From IMG/VR virus record IMGVR_UViG_3300024346_000007: 64,000 nt of DNA, one strand, 5' to 3'. The notes under the pieces were generated by a model. It had not been told where the DNA came from. It saw nothing but the letters and a program-made list of their open reading frames with translations, and did not search any database. Both the position numbers and the translations under genes were made by a program. The stretch comes from a virus. Positions 38,246 through 46,495 of the stretch are shown here, piece by piece; position 1 is the stretch's first letter; every line of letters starts with the position of its first letter.

Positions 38246-38276
38246 CAAAGATACGACTAAATATCTTTTCTCCAAA
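38246..38276 (-). promoter_or_regulatory. Complete Bacteroidota-type promoter, TTTG-N19-TATCTTTG, upstream of the primase
   Basis: Plus strand caaagata at 38246-38253 and caaa at 38273-38276, a 19-nt spacer. Confidence 0.7.
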
Positions 38277-38691
38277 ACTTACCGAGAATGTTATCAACAT
38301 AGCAGTTTGTAGACTCTAAGCACCCATTTATAATCTGGTGTCTTAGCTCTTGGTATGTCATCTGTTTCTTGTGGGTACATATGTGCATTATCTCCCTAAT
38401 AAAGGATTCTTTACCTAGCTCCTTTACATCGACCTTAAGAGCTGCGTTAGACCCGTAATAGGTCTTCCAATCGCTTTCAGAGACTACCTTCTTTTTAGTA
38501 GGTTTCTTACCCTTACCGGTATGCTCTGATAGCTCCTTTTTTGTTAGAGGTTTATTCCTCTCTGATATTAGATTCTTTCTGCCTATGTAGAATTTGCCCC
38601 CGTCTATCTTTCTTATCTTATAGATGAAACCGTATGCATTTTCTGGAAACTGAGAGATGTCTGTTATAACCTGACCTTTGTAAAACCACAT
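38257..38691 (-). CDS. GIY-YIG endonuclease (T4 endonuclease II / Seg-like)
   Basis: YGFIYKI...FYIGRK...ESDWKTYYGS...FIREI. Confidence 0.8.
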   Translation of the reverse strand: MWFYKGQVITDISQFPENAYGFIYKIRKIDGGKFYIGRKNLISERNKPLTKKELSEHTGKGKKPTKKKVVSESDWKTYYGSNAALKVDVKELGKESFIREIMHICTHKKQMTYQELRHQIINGCLESTNCYVDNILGKFWRKDI

Positions 38692-38692
38692 A

Positions 38693-38992
38693 TTATATAT
38701 CCATTCTAATTAAGAAATTCGTATCTGTATTTGCTGATATCGGCACTGGCTGTGCAAACTTAGCTACCATCAATAAATCATTAGCGTCATTATAAAACCC
38801 TACTGCACTTGCATATGGCATGAAATCAGACCCTGTTGCAAAAGCTAACATAGTTTCTTCGCTTCCTGAATTTAATAAAGATGGGTTGTAGCTATAGTTC
38901 ATCTCATGATCTTTAATAGTACATTTTATAGTACGTTCTATAATCATGTGATTATTAGTAAAGTTAAGTTTAAAATCTTGATAAGTTATCAT
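38693..38992 (-). CDS. Stand-alone C-terminal module of a baseplate/tail protein, paralogous to the C-terminus of 48574..49602
   Basis: MNYSYNPSLL...VGFYNDANDLLMVAKFAQPVP versus LNYTTNPSII...IGLYNDANELLAVAKLSKPLP. Confidence 0.7.
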   Translation of the reverse strand: MITYQDFKLNFTNNHMIIERTIKCTIKDHEMNYSYNPSLLNSGSEETMLAFATGSDFMPYASAVGFYNDANDLLMVAKFAQPVPISANTDTNFLIRMDI

Positions 38993-39004
38993 ATTTTTAT
39001 ATTA

Positions 39005-40045
39005 TTAGCCACATGTTCCAGGACTCACACTAGTACATGTATTAACAGATACTACTCTTCCTGTAGGAATTACAACAGCAGAATAACCATTTCCCATATT
39101 TCCTACTCTAGTTATTCTGTGATACAATCCGTCTCCTCCAGTCCATAAAGTATATGTTGTTCCAGATTTAGTGTATAAATACTGGGCTACCAGTAGATTT
39201 TCATTTGAAACTGTTGCGTATACTGTTGTTGTTGGTAATACTGTAGAATCACAAGCGGCTCCACAATTTGCATAACCAACAGAAGATATAGAGTAATCAT
39301 AATAAGTGACATCAGAACAGTTATACGAGGTAGATAGGCTTCCTCCGTTGACTACAGATACCCCATTTACTTTTGTTATTGTTACAGTAGCTTGACCGTT
39401 TGTAAAATTTGATGCTAAATTATTAGTCCTGTAAACTAATATGTAATCTTTGTATCCTATTGATGGGGATGTAACTGTCGTAACTTGTGTATTTGTTAGA
39501 GATGTTGGTATTCCAGCTAAAGTTACACTAGCGTATGAAGATGTTACCACTGTTCCTAGTGCTGGAATTGATGCAGGCAGCACCGTCTCGTACAATATGC
39601 CGGATATAGAAGCACTTACAGAGTTTATACTAGTTATAAATTGTTGAGAAGTTACTGTAAACTCTACTGTTGTTCCTGCTGGTGCTACTAGCCTTGACCA
39701 TATTCTGCCGCCACTTCCACAGTTATTACTGCTATTTGTAAAATTACTATCGAAGTATATAGGAGCTTGTGTCGGAGTTGGAGATACCGTAGGGGTTGGA
39801 GTTATTGTGGGAGTTGGTGTGGGAGTTGGAGTAGACAGATTTATGTTTAAAGAAGTAGTACATGTGCCGATAGACGTAACAGTTATAACAGTAGCGTTTA
39901 CATCTACATTTACAGGATACCCTGCTAATAGCTGTGATCTAGTGACATTCATTGCAACCACTCCTAATACATTATCAGATATGTTAAAAGGTCCTGCTGA
40001 GGCTCCTATACTTGATACTGTTACTGTTATTGATTTAGTAGACAT
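39005..40045 (-). CDS. Pro/Thr-linker, Ser/Thr/Cys-rich putative virion decoration protein
   Basis: N-terminal AGPFNI...VTRSQLLAGY domain, TPTPTP linker, beta-rich domains. Confidence 0.6.
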   Translation of the reverse strand: MSTKSITVTVSSIGASAGPFNISDNVLGVVAMNVTRSQLLAGYPVNVDVNATVITVTSIGTCTTSLNINLSTPTPTPTPTITPTPTVSPTPTQAPIYFDSNFTNSSNNCGSGGRIWSRLVAPAGTTVEFTVTSQQFITSINSVSASISGILYETVLPASIPALGTVVTSSYASVTLAGIPTSLTNTQVTTVTSPSIGYKDYILVYRTNNLASNFTNGQATVTITKVNGVSVVNGGSLSTSYNCSDVTYYDYSISSVGYANCGAACDSTVLPTTTVYATVSNENLLVAQYLYTKSGTTYTLWTGGDGLYHRITRVGNMGNGYSAVVIPTGRVVSVNTCTSVSPGTCG

Positions 40046-40066
40046 TTTTTATTTTTATTATTATGT

Positions 40067-40801
40067 TTAGACCTGTGCGCTTCCACAGATTAAAGCCCTA
40101 TCAGTATTAGCATTAACAGTAACGGAAGAAATAGAACTACCGCCAACACTAGCAGGACAAGTGGCGGTAGTAGAGACACCGGTATAGTACACAAGAGTCT
40201 CATCTGATCCATCAGCAACACAATAATACACTGTAGTGCCTGGGGCAACCGTAGCTAAGTACTTAATAGTACAATTAGATGCTAATGCCGATCCTCTTCT
40301 AGTCCAACTACCAGGGTCTCCAGTTGGAGAAGTCCATACAGCAACAGCGTCAATTGGTGCATCTTCTACATCAAATTTAGCATATATACTAAGCGTATAG
40401 GTTGTTACTGTTGGTGTTGGGGTTGGTGTTGGTGTAGCTGTTGGTGTTGGGGTAGCTGTTACTGTTGGTGTTGTGGTAGGCGGTGGTGTCGGCTCTATAA
40501 CAGACCCTCCAGATAGAGAACAATCTACTACTACAGTAGGGGTTGGGGTTGGTGTAGGGGTGACTGTAGGAGTTGCAGTCGGAGGTTTTATATAATAGGT
40601 AACATAGTTATTACATCCTGAGTCCGTATTAAATACTATTATGCTATTTGCTGATGAAGGTATTCCTGTTACGTTGTAGCCTGTCAAAAGATTACTTCTG
40701 GACACACCAGTGTCTAACTGAGTACCAACTGATATACTGTCGTAGTATATGTCAAATGGCCCAGCAGCATCCCCAGAAATAAAAACTTGATAGTTGTTCA
40801 T
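40067..40801 (-). CDS. Pro/Thr-linker putative virion decoration protein; N-domain shared with 39005..40045, C-domain shared with 3744..5075
   Basis: AGPFDI...VSRSNLLTGY; the C-terminal 111 aa align without gaps to the 443-aa protein. Confidence 0.65.
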   Translation of the reverse strand: MNNYQVFISGDAAGPFDIYYDSISVGTQLDTGVSRSNLLTGYNVTGIPSSANSIIVFNTDSGCNNYVTYYIKPPTATPTVTPTPTPTPTVVVDCSLSGGSVIEPTPPPTTTPTVTATPTPTATPTPTPTPTVTTYTLSIYAKFDVEDAPIDAVAVWTSPTGDPGSWTRRGSALASNCTIKYLATVAPGTTVYYCVADGSDETLVYYTGVSTTATCPASVGGSSISSVTVNANTDRALICGSAQV

Positions 40802-41889
40802 ATATTATAAATATTTTCTTTCTGGCTTTTATGTAAAGCAGAAGCCACAACTTGGTGCATATCATAATATTTGTAGTCTGTAAGCCTCCCACCAAAGATG
40901 TATTTTGTCTCTTTGTCCATCATCTTTTTATAATTTTGGTACAACAAGTTATTAGTATCATCATTTATTGGGTAATATGGATCTCCTGTGGATTCTGGGT
41001 ACTCAAATGTTACCACAGTATTCTTTTGTTTTCCAAATTCAAAATGTTTATGTTCTACTATCCTAGTAAAAGGCACTTCCTCATCAGTATAATTCATACC
41101 AGCAACACCTTGATAATCAGACATATTTAGTCTTATAGTATCAAATCTGAGGCTTCTATATTCTAACTTTCCGTACATATATGAGTAAAATCTATCTATG
41201 GGGCCTGTATATATGATTTTCTTACATATATCGTTAAAATAGTCCTTGTTGTTAAAATAATCAGTATCTAGGCGTACTTCTATGCCTGATAATAGGTTTT
41301 CAAATATCTGTGTGTATCCGCCTATTGGTATTCCTGAATACGTGTCTTCGTAGTAATTATCTTCAAAAGACATTCTTATAGGAAGCCTTCTTATTATGCT
41401 TGTCGGTAGCTCTTTTGGGTCTTTTTTCCATTGTTTTTTGGTGTACCCCTTCACAAATATATTGTACAGTTCAGGGCCTACTTGAGATAGAATCCACTCC
41501 TCTAGGTTCTTTGGGTTTGGTATATCTACTTTAACATCCTCTAGCTTTCTAAAAGCCTCATCTGGAGTTGTTACTCCATATACCTGATATAGAGTCATGA
41601 GATTTATAGGGAATGAGTATACTTTTCCTTTATAATTTACTTTAGGCCTGTAGCTAAAGTTATTAAACGTAGCGAATCTATTCACATAGTCCCATATCTT
41701 TTTATCTGATGTGTGGAATATATGAGGTCCGTATTTGTGAACATTTATTCCATCTATATTCTCCGTATAGCAGTTTCCTCCTATATGAGATCTTTTTTCT
41801 ACAACAAGGCATTTGTACCCTTTGTCCGTCATCTCTCTTGCGAAGATAGACCCAAATAATCCTGATCCTACTATTAAATAGTCGTACAT
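40798..41889 (-). CDS. glf: UDP-galactopyranose mutase
   Basis: IVGSGLFG, HIGGNCY, HKYGPHIFHT, GYTKKQW, LEYRSL, TRIVEHKHF, PYYP, GRLTDYKYYDMHQVV. Confidence 0.95.
   Translation of the reverse strand: MYDYLIVGSGLFGSIFAREMTDKGYKCLVVEKRSHIGGNCYTENIDGINVHKYGPHIFHTSDKKIWDYVNRFATFNNFSYRPKVNYKGKVYSFPINLMTLYQVYGVTTPDEAFRKLEDVKVDIPNPKNLEEWILSQVGPELYNIFVKGYTKKQWKKDPKELPTSIIRRLPIRMSFEDNYYEDTYSGIPIGGYTQIFENLLSGIEVRLDTDYFNNKDYFNDICKKIIYTGPIDRFYSYMYGKLEYRSLRFDTIRLNMSDYQGVAGMNYTDEEVPFTRIVEHKHFEFGKQKNTVVTFEYPESTGDPYYPINDDTNNLLYQNYKKMMDKETKYIFGGRLTDYKYYDMHQVVASALHKSQKENIYNI
40806..40813 (-). promoter_or_regulatory. TATTTATA motif within the glf 3' end, upstream of the Pro/Thr genes
   Basis: 4 nt before ATG 40801. 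Confidence 0.45.
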
Positions 41890-41894
41890 ATTAT

Positions 41895-42500
41895 TTATTT
41901 CTTCTTTAAAAAATATCTAGCAGTATTACAGATATTAGCATTTAGCATTATTTCGTATCCTGGGAAGTATTGCTTTATATATTCTGCGTCTATTAATCCG
42001 TGAAACTCTATATCTACCCACCTAATCTGCTGTAAGTAATTAGAATTTTCAATAACATTAAACTCTCCTCCTTCAATATCCATTTTAAGAAAATCTACTA
42101 TCGGTAGTTCTAGTTCTTCTAAGGTTTTTATTTCTACATTAAAAAAACTGGTATTAACATAAGAACTTTCTCTTAGGCTATGGCCTCCAACATTATTAAT
42201 ATCTTCCGCCAAAACTCCAGAAGTGAAGTTATATCCAATAGCTGTCTTATATAAATTACTTTTGTTTTTAATGTGATTTTGTAAAAAAGTAAAATTGCCT
42301 TCTTCAGGCTCTATTAAATAAGCATCTTGTAGGGTAGGTATTTGTTCAAATAAAATATTAGAAAACTCACCTATGTTCGCTCCTACATCAACATACGAAA
42401 TAATTTTATTTAACTTCAGAGTAGTTATAAGAGCTATAAAATAAGGCTCTTCAGTTAGTTCTTTTCTAGTATGATTTATGTGCCCTTCTCTAGTAAGCAT
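41895..42500 (-). CDS. FkbM-family methyltransferase
   Basis: YVDVGANIG, LIEP, FLKMDIEGGEF, IEFH. Confidence 0.85.
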   Translation of the reverse strand: MLTREGHINHTRKELTEEPYFIALITTLKLNKIISYVDVGANIGEFSNILFEQIPTLQDAYLIEPEEGNFTFLQNHIKNKSNLYKTAIGYNFTSGVLAEDINNVGGHSLRESSYVNTSFFNVEIKTLEELELPIVDFLKMDIEGGEFNVIENSNYLQQIRWVDIEFHGLIDAEYIKQYFPGYEIMLNANICNTARYFLKKK

Positions 42501-42567
42501 TTGTATTATTTTAATATGTCTAGTTAATTTATATTGTGATAATTACAACATATTTTACATTGTGTAT

Positions 42568-43341
42568 CTAATATTTTATAAAGTTATCGCAATATATATC
42601 TTTTGTATCTAAATTATTAGCGGCTGGTCCAAACCAAGTTTTAGGTGCTATTATTTTTTTATTATCGTTATTTGATAACCAAGATCCCCACCAACTATAG
42701 CTGCTATTTGCTATTATATGATCATGGCATTTAGATATTAAACACATGTCATATATCGGACTATTAGAATTAAATACTATATTTTTTCTTTTAAGGTTTT
42801 CTTCACACCAATTTTTATCATCAGATGTACATATAAAGATTGTATTGCCATCATCTAATGTGTCCATGGATTTATTATAATAGTCTATTGTACACAATGG
42901 ATGATACTCAGTATTAAATAGATATCCAGCTCTCCTTACATGTAAAGATACTAATTTTTTATTTTTAAATTGATTTATATAGATATCAACTTCTTTTACT
43001 GTATCCTCTTTAAAAGTAAACTCCTTCTTAACAATAGCAGAACAGTGTTTAAAATACTTATCTGTTTGAAAATATCCTTCAAAGTCTGTATCTTCTTTTA
43101 TTTCAAAAACTCCCTCATTATAAGAAAATTCAATTTCTTTGTACAAATTATTTGGTTTAATTGTTTTTTTTACAAACTCTTTTAAATCAAAAAATTCAAA
43201 TAAATAACAATTTTTTACTATTTCTGGGTCTATTGCTATTCTGGCGTTTAATTTATATTTTATACCTAATAGAAGGGCATATTGAAACATTTGATTTCCT
43301 AATTGTCCATATACTCCAAGTTTACTAAAAGACACTTCCAT
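42568..43341 (-). CDS. GT11 alpha-1,2-fucosyltransferase-like
   Basis: GQLGNQMFQYA, GYFQ, SLHVRRAGY (HxRRGD variant), SDD..WC, IIANSSYSWWG, IIAPKTWF. Confidence 0.9.
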   Translation of the reverse strand: MEVSFSKLGVYGQLGNQMFQYALLLGIKYKLNARIAIDPEIVKNCYLFEFFDLKEFVKKTIKPNNLYKEIEFSYNEGVFEIKEDTDFEGYFQTDKYFKHCSAIVKKEFTFKEDTVKEVDIYINQFKNKKLVSLHVRRAGYLFNTEYHPLCTIDYYNKSMDTLDDGNTIFICTSDDKNWCEENLKRKNIVFNSNSPIYDMCLISKCHDHIIANSSYSWWGSWLSNNDNKKIIAPKTWFGPAANNLDTKDIYCDNFIKY

Positions 43342-43343
43342 AA

Positions 43344-44030
43344 TTATAAAATCATGTTATTATCATACCTTGCTTGCACAGATGGGTAGTAATCCACTTG
43401 AGTCTCTTCTAGGGTAGAATACCCTGGGATTTGCCAAGCTAGATTTTTATTGCACATATATAAATTATTTTGATGGTCTAGGGCTAGATCATGATAGCAT
43501 ATGTCAATTACCGGTATATGTTTAAACGGTATTTTTAATATTTTATCATAAAAATGATTATTAACTGCATATGCATGTGCTGATAGTGCGCCTAATGACC
43601 TGCCTAGGTTATCTGTTACCTTTTGGTATATTAATGGGTTACAACCTATATAAAACATATCCCATCTTTCCCTTATCTTTAAGTCTTCTATTGTTTTAGA
43701 TAACTCCTCTATTATATCATCATGTAATGTAACATCATCTTCAAAAATTAGTACATTTTTATACTGCATTAATTTTGCTCTAAGTACTACATTTATGTGT
43801 GATAAAGCACAAGATTTTGTAAACCTGGCATGTTCAGGTCTTTCATCGTTTCTAAAAAAACAACCATCTTGTTTAATACTTTCATTTTGTTCAGGAGATA
43901 GTGTTATTGCTGGGAATCTTTCTGCTTTTATGCCAAACTTAGAAAATAATTTTTCTATATGGTCTTTTCTATCTGTTCTCTCTTCTAGATTTATGTAGAA
44001 TATTTTATCAAAAAAATCAAAAGGATTCAT
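43344..44030 (-). CDS. GT25 glycosyltransferase (beta-galactosyltransferase-like)
   Basis: FYINLEERTDR, ERFPAI, SCALSH, LIFEDDV, WDMFYIG, HAYAV. Confidence 0.85.
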   Translation of the reverse strand: MNPFDFFDKIFYINLEERTDRKDHIEKLFSKFGIKAERFPAITLSPEQNESIKQDGCFFRNDERPEHARFTKSCALSHINVVLRAKLMQYKNVLIFEDDVTLHDDIIEELSKTIEDLKIRERWDMFYIGCNPLIYQKVTDNLGRSLGALSAHAYAVNNHFYDKILKIPFKHIPVIDICYHDLALDHQNNLYMCNKNLAWQIPGYSTLEETQVDYYPSVQARYDNNMIL

Positions 44031-44035
44031 ATTTT

Positions 44036-45172
44036 TTAAAATTTATTTATAAAATCAATCCACATTGGACCTATCTTTTTTATGTCAAAGTTTTCAAAAA
44101 TATAAGATATACTCTTATCTCTCATACTTTCTTTTAATTCTATGTTCTCTTCTATCTGTTTTACTTTTTCTACAATATTATCTATGTAATCCATCTTAGG
44201 CTCATGTGTAACCCTCTCACTCATCATTCTTTCCATATCTATATTCGGAGGAAAATCTAGCTTATAATAATATCCTCCATAATACTCTTCATGGGATCCT
44301 AAAGGATATGATACTACTATTACTCCCATACCTAAAGCCTCTCCCATTGCACAAGAGTGAACATCTTTATACACATGTTCATTTGGAGTGTATTGTGGGA
44401 ATATAAAATAATCACTCGTGGCTAGTTCAGTAAATAATGTTTCTTTATCTATCCCATTTCCTAAATTAACATAGTCAAATGCTACAAAATTTTCATCCCA
44501 TCCTAACTCTTTTACAGCCTTTAAAGCTACATCTCCTCCTCTAGACCATTGAGCTGGGAACACTACTTTCTTATGCTTTCTTTCTAGTTTCTTATCCAAC
44601 ACTTCTTTCATTACATCAAGTGTCATTGGATTAGGTATAACAGTTTCGTATACAGTTGGTATATTTTCTTCTAAGTATTTTATATTTTCTAAATGATGCT
44701 CTCTAGCCCATTTTGATATATTAACATATCCAACTTTTAAATTATGTTTAATTGCATAATCTTTTAACTCTGCCATATAATATCCCCATGATAGATGACA
44801 CCAATAAAAAACTCCTCTTTTTATTTTTGCATTCAAATTATCATACTCACCAAACCATAAACAGTTGACCAGTATGTCAAAGTTAACATCTTCAATACCT
44901 TCTAAATTTGGTATATAAGTATATGTTACCCCGTTAACAATTTCCTTACCTGGATTAAAGGTATACCCTCTATTGTTTCTATCTTCTTTTAGATTATCTC
45001 CTGACTCTTCTACTGCTACTACTACTTCATGGCCATTATTTGCTAGATATTCTGCAACAAGTATGCTAGAGGTGTCAGTACCTGATAAACCCGCCTTGTC
45101 ATATCTCATTTTATGACCGGTTATAAAATTACTTCTTGACCCGTTTCCTGTTACAACAAATAATATTCTCAT
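44036..45172 (-). CDS. GT-B fold (GT4-like) glycosyltransferase
   Basis: GLSGTD...LANNGHEV, WCH, ISKWAREH, IPNP, SRG, SCAMGEALGMG. Confidence 0.7.
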   Translation of the reverse strand: MRILFVVTGNGSRSNFITGHKMRYDKAGLSGTDTSSILVAEYLANNGHEVVVAVEESGDNLKEDRNNRGYTFNPGKEIVNGVTYTYIPNLEGIEDVNFDILVNCLWFGEYDNLNAKIKRGVFYWCHLSWGYYMAELKDYAIKHNLKVGYVNISKWAREHHLENIKYLEENIPTVYETVIPNPMTLDVMKEVLDKKLERKHKKVVFPAQWSRGGDVALKAVKELGWDENFVAFDYVNLGNGIDKETLFTELATSDYFIFPQYTPNEHVYKDVHSCAMGEALGMGVIVVSYPLGSHEEYYGGYYYKLDFPPNIDMERMMSERVTHEPKMDYIDNIVEKVKQIEENIELKESMRDKSISYIFENFDIKKIGPMWIDFINKF

Positions 45173-46422
45173 ACATTAATATCTTTTTCGTATCTATCAC
45201 TCCACTTTTTTTCTTCATCAAACATGTACATTACTATCTTACCTGGTTTGTCTTGAGAGTCTATTGTGACTGTATATTCATTTTTTGTAAGGTTAACATA
45301 CTCTGGTTGCGTGTCTACATTAAAATCTTTTCTATGTAATTCCAATCCAGATTTTGTTTGTATTCCGAGTGTTATGAATTGGGGACTTTTAAATTCTAAA
45401 TTTTTGAAAAACTCTATATCCCAGTCAACTGTTACATCGTATTTATATGTCTTAAACTGTTCTTCCCAATCTATTGGGTTTGGCGGTTCTTTAACTTTAA
45501 TAGTGTAGTCTTGTATTCTACAATTTTTAAAATCAAAACCTCCATATACTTCGTAATCATGTAAAGTTCTGGCTGTTCCTAATCCGTATATACCCATATC
45601 TATTCCATGATCTTCTTGACCAAATAGTTGCCTAGTCTTATTTCTGGCATATATATCTCTTTCTCCTGAAGTCTTTTTTGTGGCGCTTTCTAAACCATGA
45701 TCTTCCCAATGTTTACGCCTATAATTCCTAGTGTATTCGTGCCACATAACCATTCTATATGGGCTGTACATATCATATCCGTGCGTAAAGGCTCTTACGC
45801 TTAACGTAGTCTCCTCAGTATATCCACCAAAATAAATGTCTGGGTCATACCTAACTTCGTCTATAAATTTACCGTCTACAAAATAAAAATGACCGCTGAT
45901 AGTTCTTGCTTTTATTACTTTGGTTCTCTCCTTATAATCCTGAATATACCACGGCATGCTCATTAAAAGCTTATCATATGAAAACTCATACTGGGACATT
46001 AAAGATGGCAATTTTTCATAACTACATCTGCACTCTTCTGGATCAAACGGAGTACAGTATGTGGTAATAATAGGCTTTTCAGACACTTCCAAAGCCTGTG
46101 CATAGTCTTCCATCATTATCTCATCCCACCCATCAACAAACCTATGATGACTGTCTATTTGTAATGTGTATTTCTCTCCATCATACAAGCTGTTGGTGAC
46201 GTTTCTAGCCCATCCTAATCCTGCACTCTCGCTATAGTGGTATTTTTTTATACGGAAGTTTGGCTTATCATCAAAGATTTCGGTATCTTCTTCTTCATCG
46301 TATTGCCAGCATATTCCAAATGTAAGTCGTTCAGGGTTTTTAGCCCTAGATAGCATGTCATCTATAGTAAGTATTAATTGTGGGTCCCTATAGCTTGCTA
46401 TCTGTACAAATATTTTATCCAT
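45169..46422 (-). CDS. GT60-family polypeptide alpha-GlcNAc transferase (Skp1-Hyp Gnt1 / mucin OGNT-like)
   Basis: IFVQIASYRDP, FGICWQ, GLGWAR, YTLQIDSHHRF..GWD, FYF, YDP.IYF, EE..LSVRAFTHGYD.YSP, WHEY; extra C-terminal domain of about 95 aa. Confidence 0.85.
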   Translation of the reverse strand: MDKIFVQIASYRDPQLILTIDDMLSRAKNPERLTFGICWQYDEEEDTEIFDDKPNFRIKKYHYSESAGLGWARNVTNSLYDGEKYTLQIDSHHRFVDGWDEIMMEDYAQALEVSEKPIITTYCTPFDPEECRCSYEKLPSLMSQYEFSYDKLLMSMPWYIQDYKERTKVIKARTISGHFYFVDGKFIDEVRYDPDIYFGGYTEETTLSVRAFTHGYDMYSPYRMVMWHEYTRNYRRKHWEDHGLESATKKTSGERDIYARNKTRQLFGQEDHGIDMGIYGLGTARTLHDYEVYGGFDFKNCRIQDYTIKVKEPPNPIDWEEQFKTYKYDVTVDWDIEFFKNLEFKSPQFITLGIQTKSGLELHRKDFNVDTQPEYVNLTKNEYTVTIDSQDKPGKIVMYMFDEEKKWSDRYEKDINV

Positions 46423-46444
46423 AACACTTTTTTAAAAATAATGA

Positions 46445-46452
46445 CAAATATA
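46445..46452 (-). promoter_or_regulatory. Bacteroidota -7 element (TATATTTG) upstream of the GT60 operon
   Basis: Plus strand caaatata in the intergenic gap, 22 nt before ATG 46422; no exact -33 TTTG. Confidence 0.55.
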
Positions 46453-46495
46453 GTATTTTTTACACACTTTACTACATTTTTACTATAATATTATA

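Noticed and set aside
29354-38691. Intron or intein in terminase, portal or primase, or a homing role for the GIY-YIG gene
   Set aside because: These genes are of normal length with contiguous motifs; the nuclease is short, free-standing and more like endonuclease II
3744-40402. Possible DGR template/variable repeat pair (shared C-terminal domain)
   Set aside because: Differences include many synonymous changes at all four bases rather than adenine-specific ones, both copies are coding, and no reverse transcriptase is in the window
40798-46422. Glycosylation island as a DNA hypermodification system
   Set aside because: No base hydroxymethylase or similar gene is nearby; GT60, GT11, GT25 and Glf act on proteins and glycans; the flanking genes are structural. 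Not formally excluded
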